A DNA stretch of 64,000 bases from Mytilus californianus (lineage: Eukaryota). The translations under genes were made by a program, and so were the position numbers. The stretch covers positions 7,936,001 to 8,000,000 of the forward strand of contig NW_026262659.1 in the NCBI RefSeq assembly GCF_021869535.1. The letters are read 5' to 3'. The notes beneath the pieces were generated by a model, which was given only the letters and a program-made list of their open reading frames with translations, ran no database searches and had not been told where the DNA came from. Of the stretch, positions 63,052 through 64,000 are shown in pieces; the first letter of the stretch is position 1; each line of letters opens with the position of its first letter.

Positions 63052-64000
63052 GTAAGAAATAGAGACATTCTATTACTCATGATTTTTAAATTAATACATC
63101 TGGGGCTTATCCTTATATTCTTAACAATTAATGATGGGGAGAACATTTGATCAATTCCTCTAGGCAATATTTTTAACAAACCCTGTCTAAGAAACAAAAG
63201 GAAAAGTGTTTCGCTATTTGAATTATTTTCTTAACTGGAATCATTTTCTTAAGTTTTCTCATTGGCACTCATACCACATCTTCTTATATCTATGTATCCA
63301 AATGATTGAACTATATACAATAATTTAATTGTAAATTGAAACCTCCCTTTCAGCATTCAAACAATATTCTTTGATTGAATTTATATTGGACTTCAATTGA
63401 TCTTCTACTCTAATTTTAGACTAAGGTCACTTGAGTATATTATTAGTAAGATATTTCCCCCACTTATAGACTACAAATTATATAAATATGTACATTGTAC
63501 ACTCAAGGTTTTTGACATTTTAAGTATCTCAAGCACTAATCAGCTGAGAATGATTAAAGTCACAAGTGATAAATATAGATATGTATATTTCACCTGTAAC
63601 AATTTGGTTACCTTTGAAAAAAAAAATCACTGGTGATGTTTAGACTTGCTTACATTTTCTAGGCAGTAAATTCTTATCATAGTTTCAATATTATAATATA
63701 TATATATACATGATATATGTAAACAGTCTGAAATACTGCATTCTTCAGTTTGTTAAAAACATAAATGTAGGTCAACTGTCAATACAGAAAATTTAAAACA
63801 CTGCAATGTCTACTGTATGGTTTATTTCTGGATACCAGTCATTTTACCTGTGGTGTAAATATAAAACAAATGTAATTCAGGTATTACCCTAAAATTACCA
63901 TTTGTTAACTTTTGTTTGTGATCAATAAATAGGATGTAAATAATCATAGGTCTCCTACAATAGAAATGTATTTATGTTTACCATGTAACTAGAGTAAATA

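Overview
AT-rich, intron-rich animal genomic DNA. The repeat families resemble those I recall from mytilid mussels, which is an inference. Three genes can be rebuilt exon by exon from GT-AG junctions in consistent phase. (1) MED16, Mediator subunit 16, + strand, 8 coding exons from 13610 to 48485, 832 aa. (2) A cyclin G, - strand, 8 coding exons from 61127 to 53811, 344 aa, convergent with MED16. (3) The start of a cyclin I, + strand, from 62932 and running off the window, head-to-head with cyclin G across a short promoter with CCAAT boxes and a CHR-like motif. The rest is mostly repeats: Helentron-type non-autonomous elements (HINE-like) carrying satellite arrays, fold-back MITEs, LINE and Penelope-like fragments, a decayed THAP/DDE (ISL2EU-like) transposase, a tRNA-derived SINE-like array and minisatellites. 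I see no new multi-gene system. The most interesting signals are: a tandem array of duplicated 3' splice sites in front of MED16 exon 5, whose 87-bp copies end in an in-frame stop; a minimal type I hammerhead ribozyme in sense orientation in MED16 intron 1; the compact cyclin G/cyclin I divergent pair, with an overlapping uORF and alternative acceptor on cyclin I; and one transposon shell carrying two differently homogenised satellites. All homology calls rest on my recall of protein families, not on database searches.
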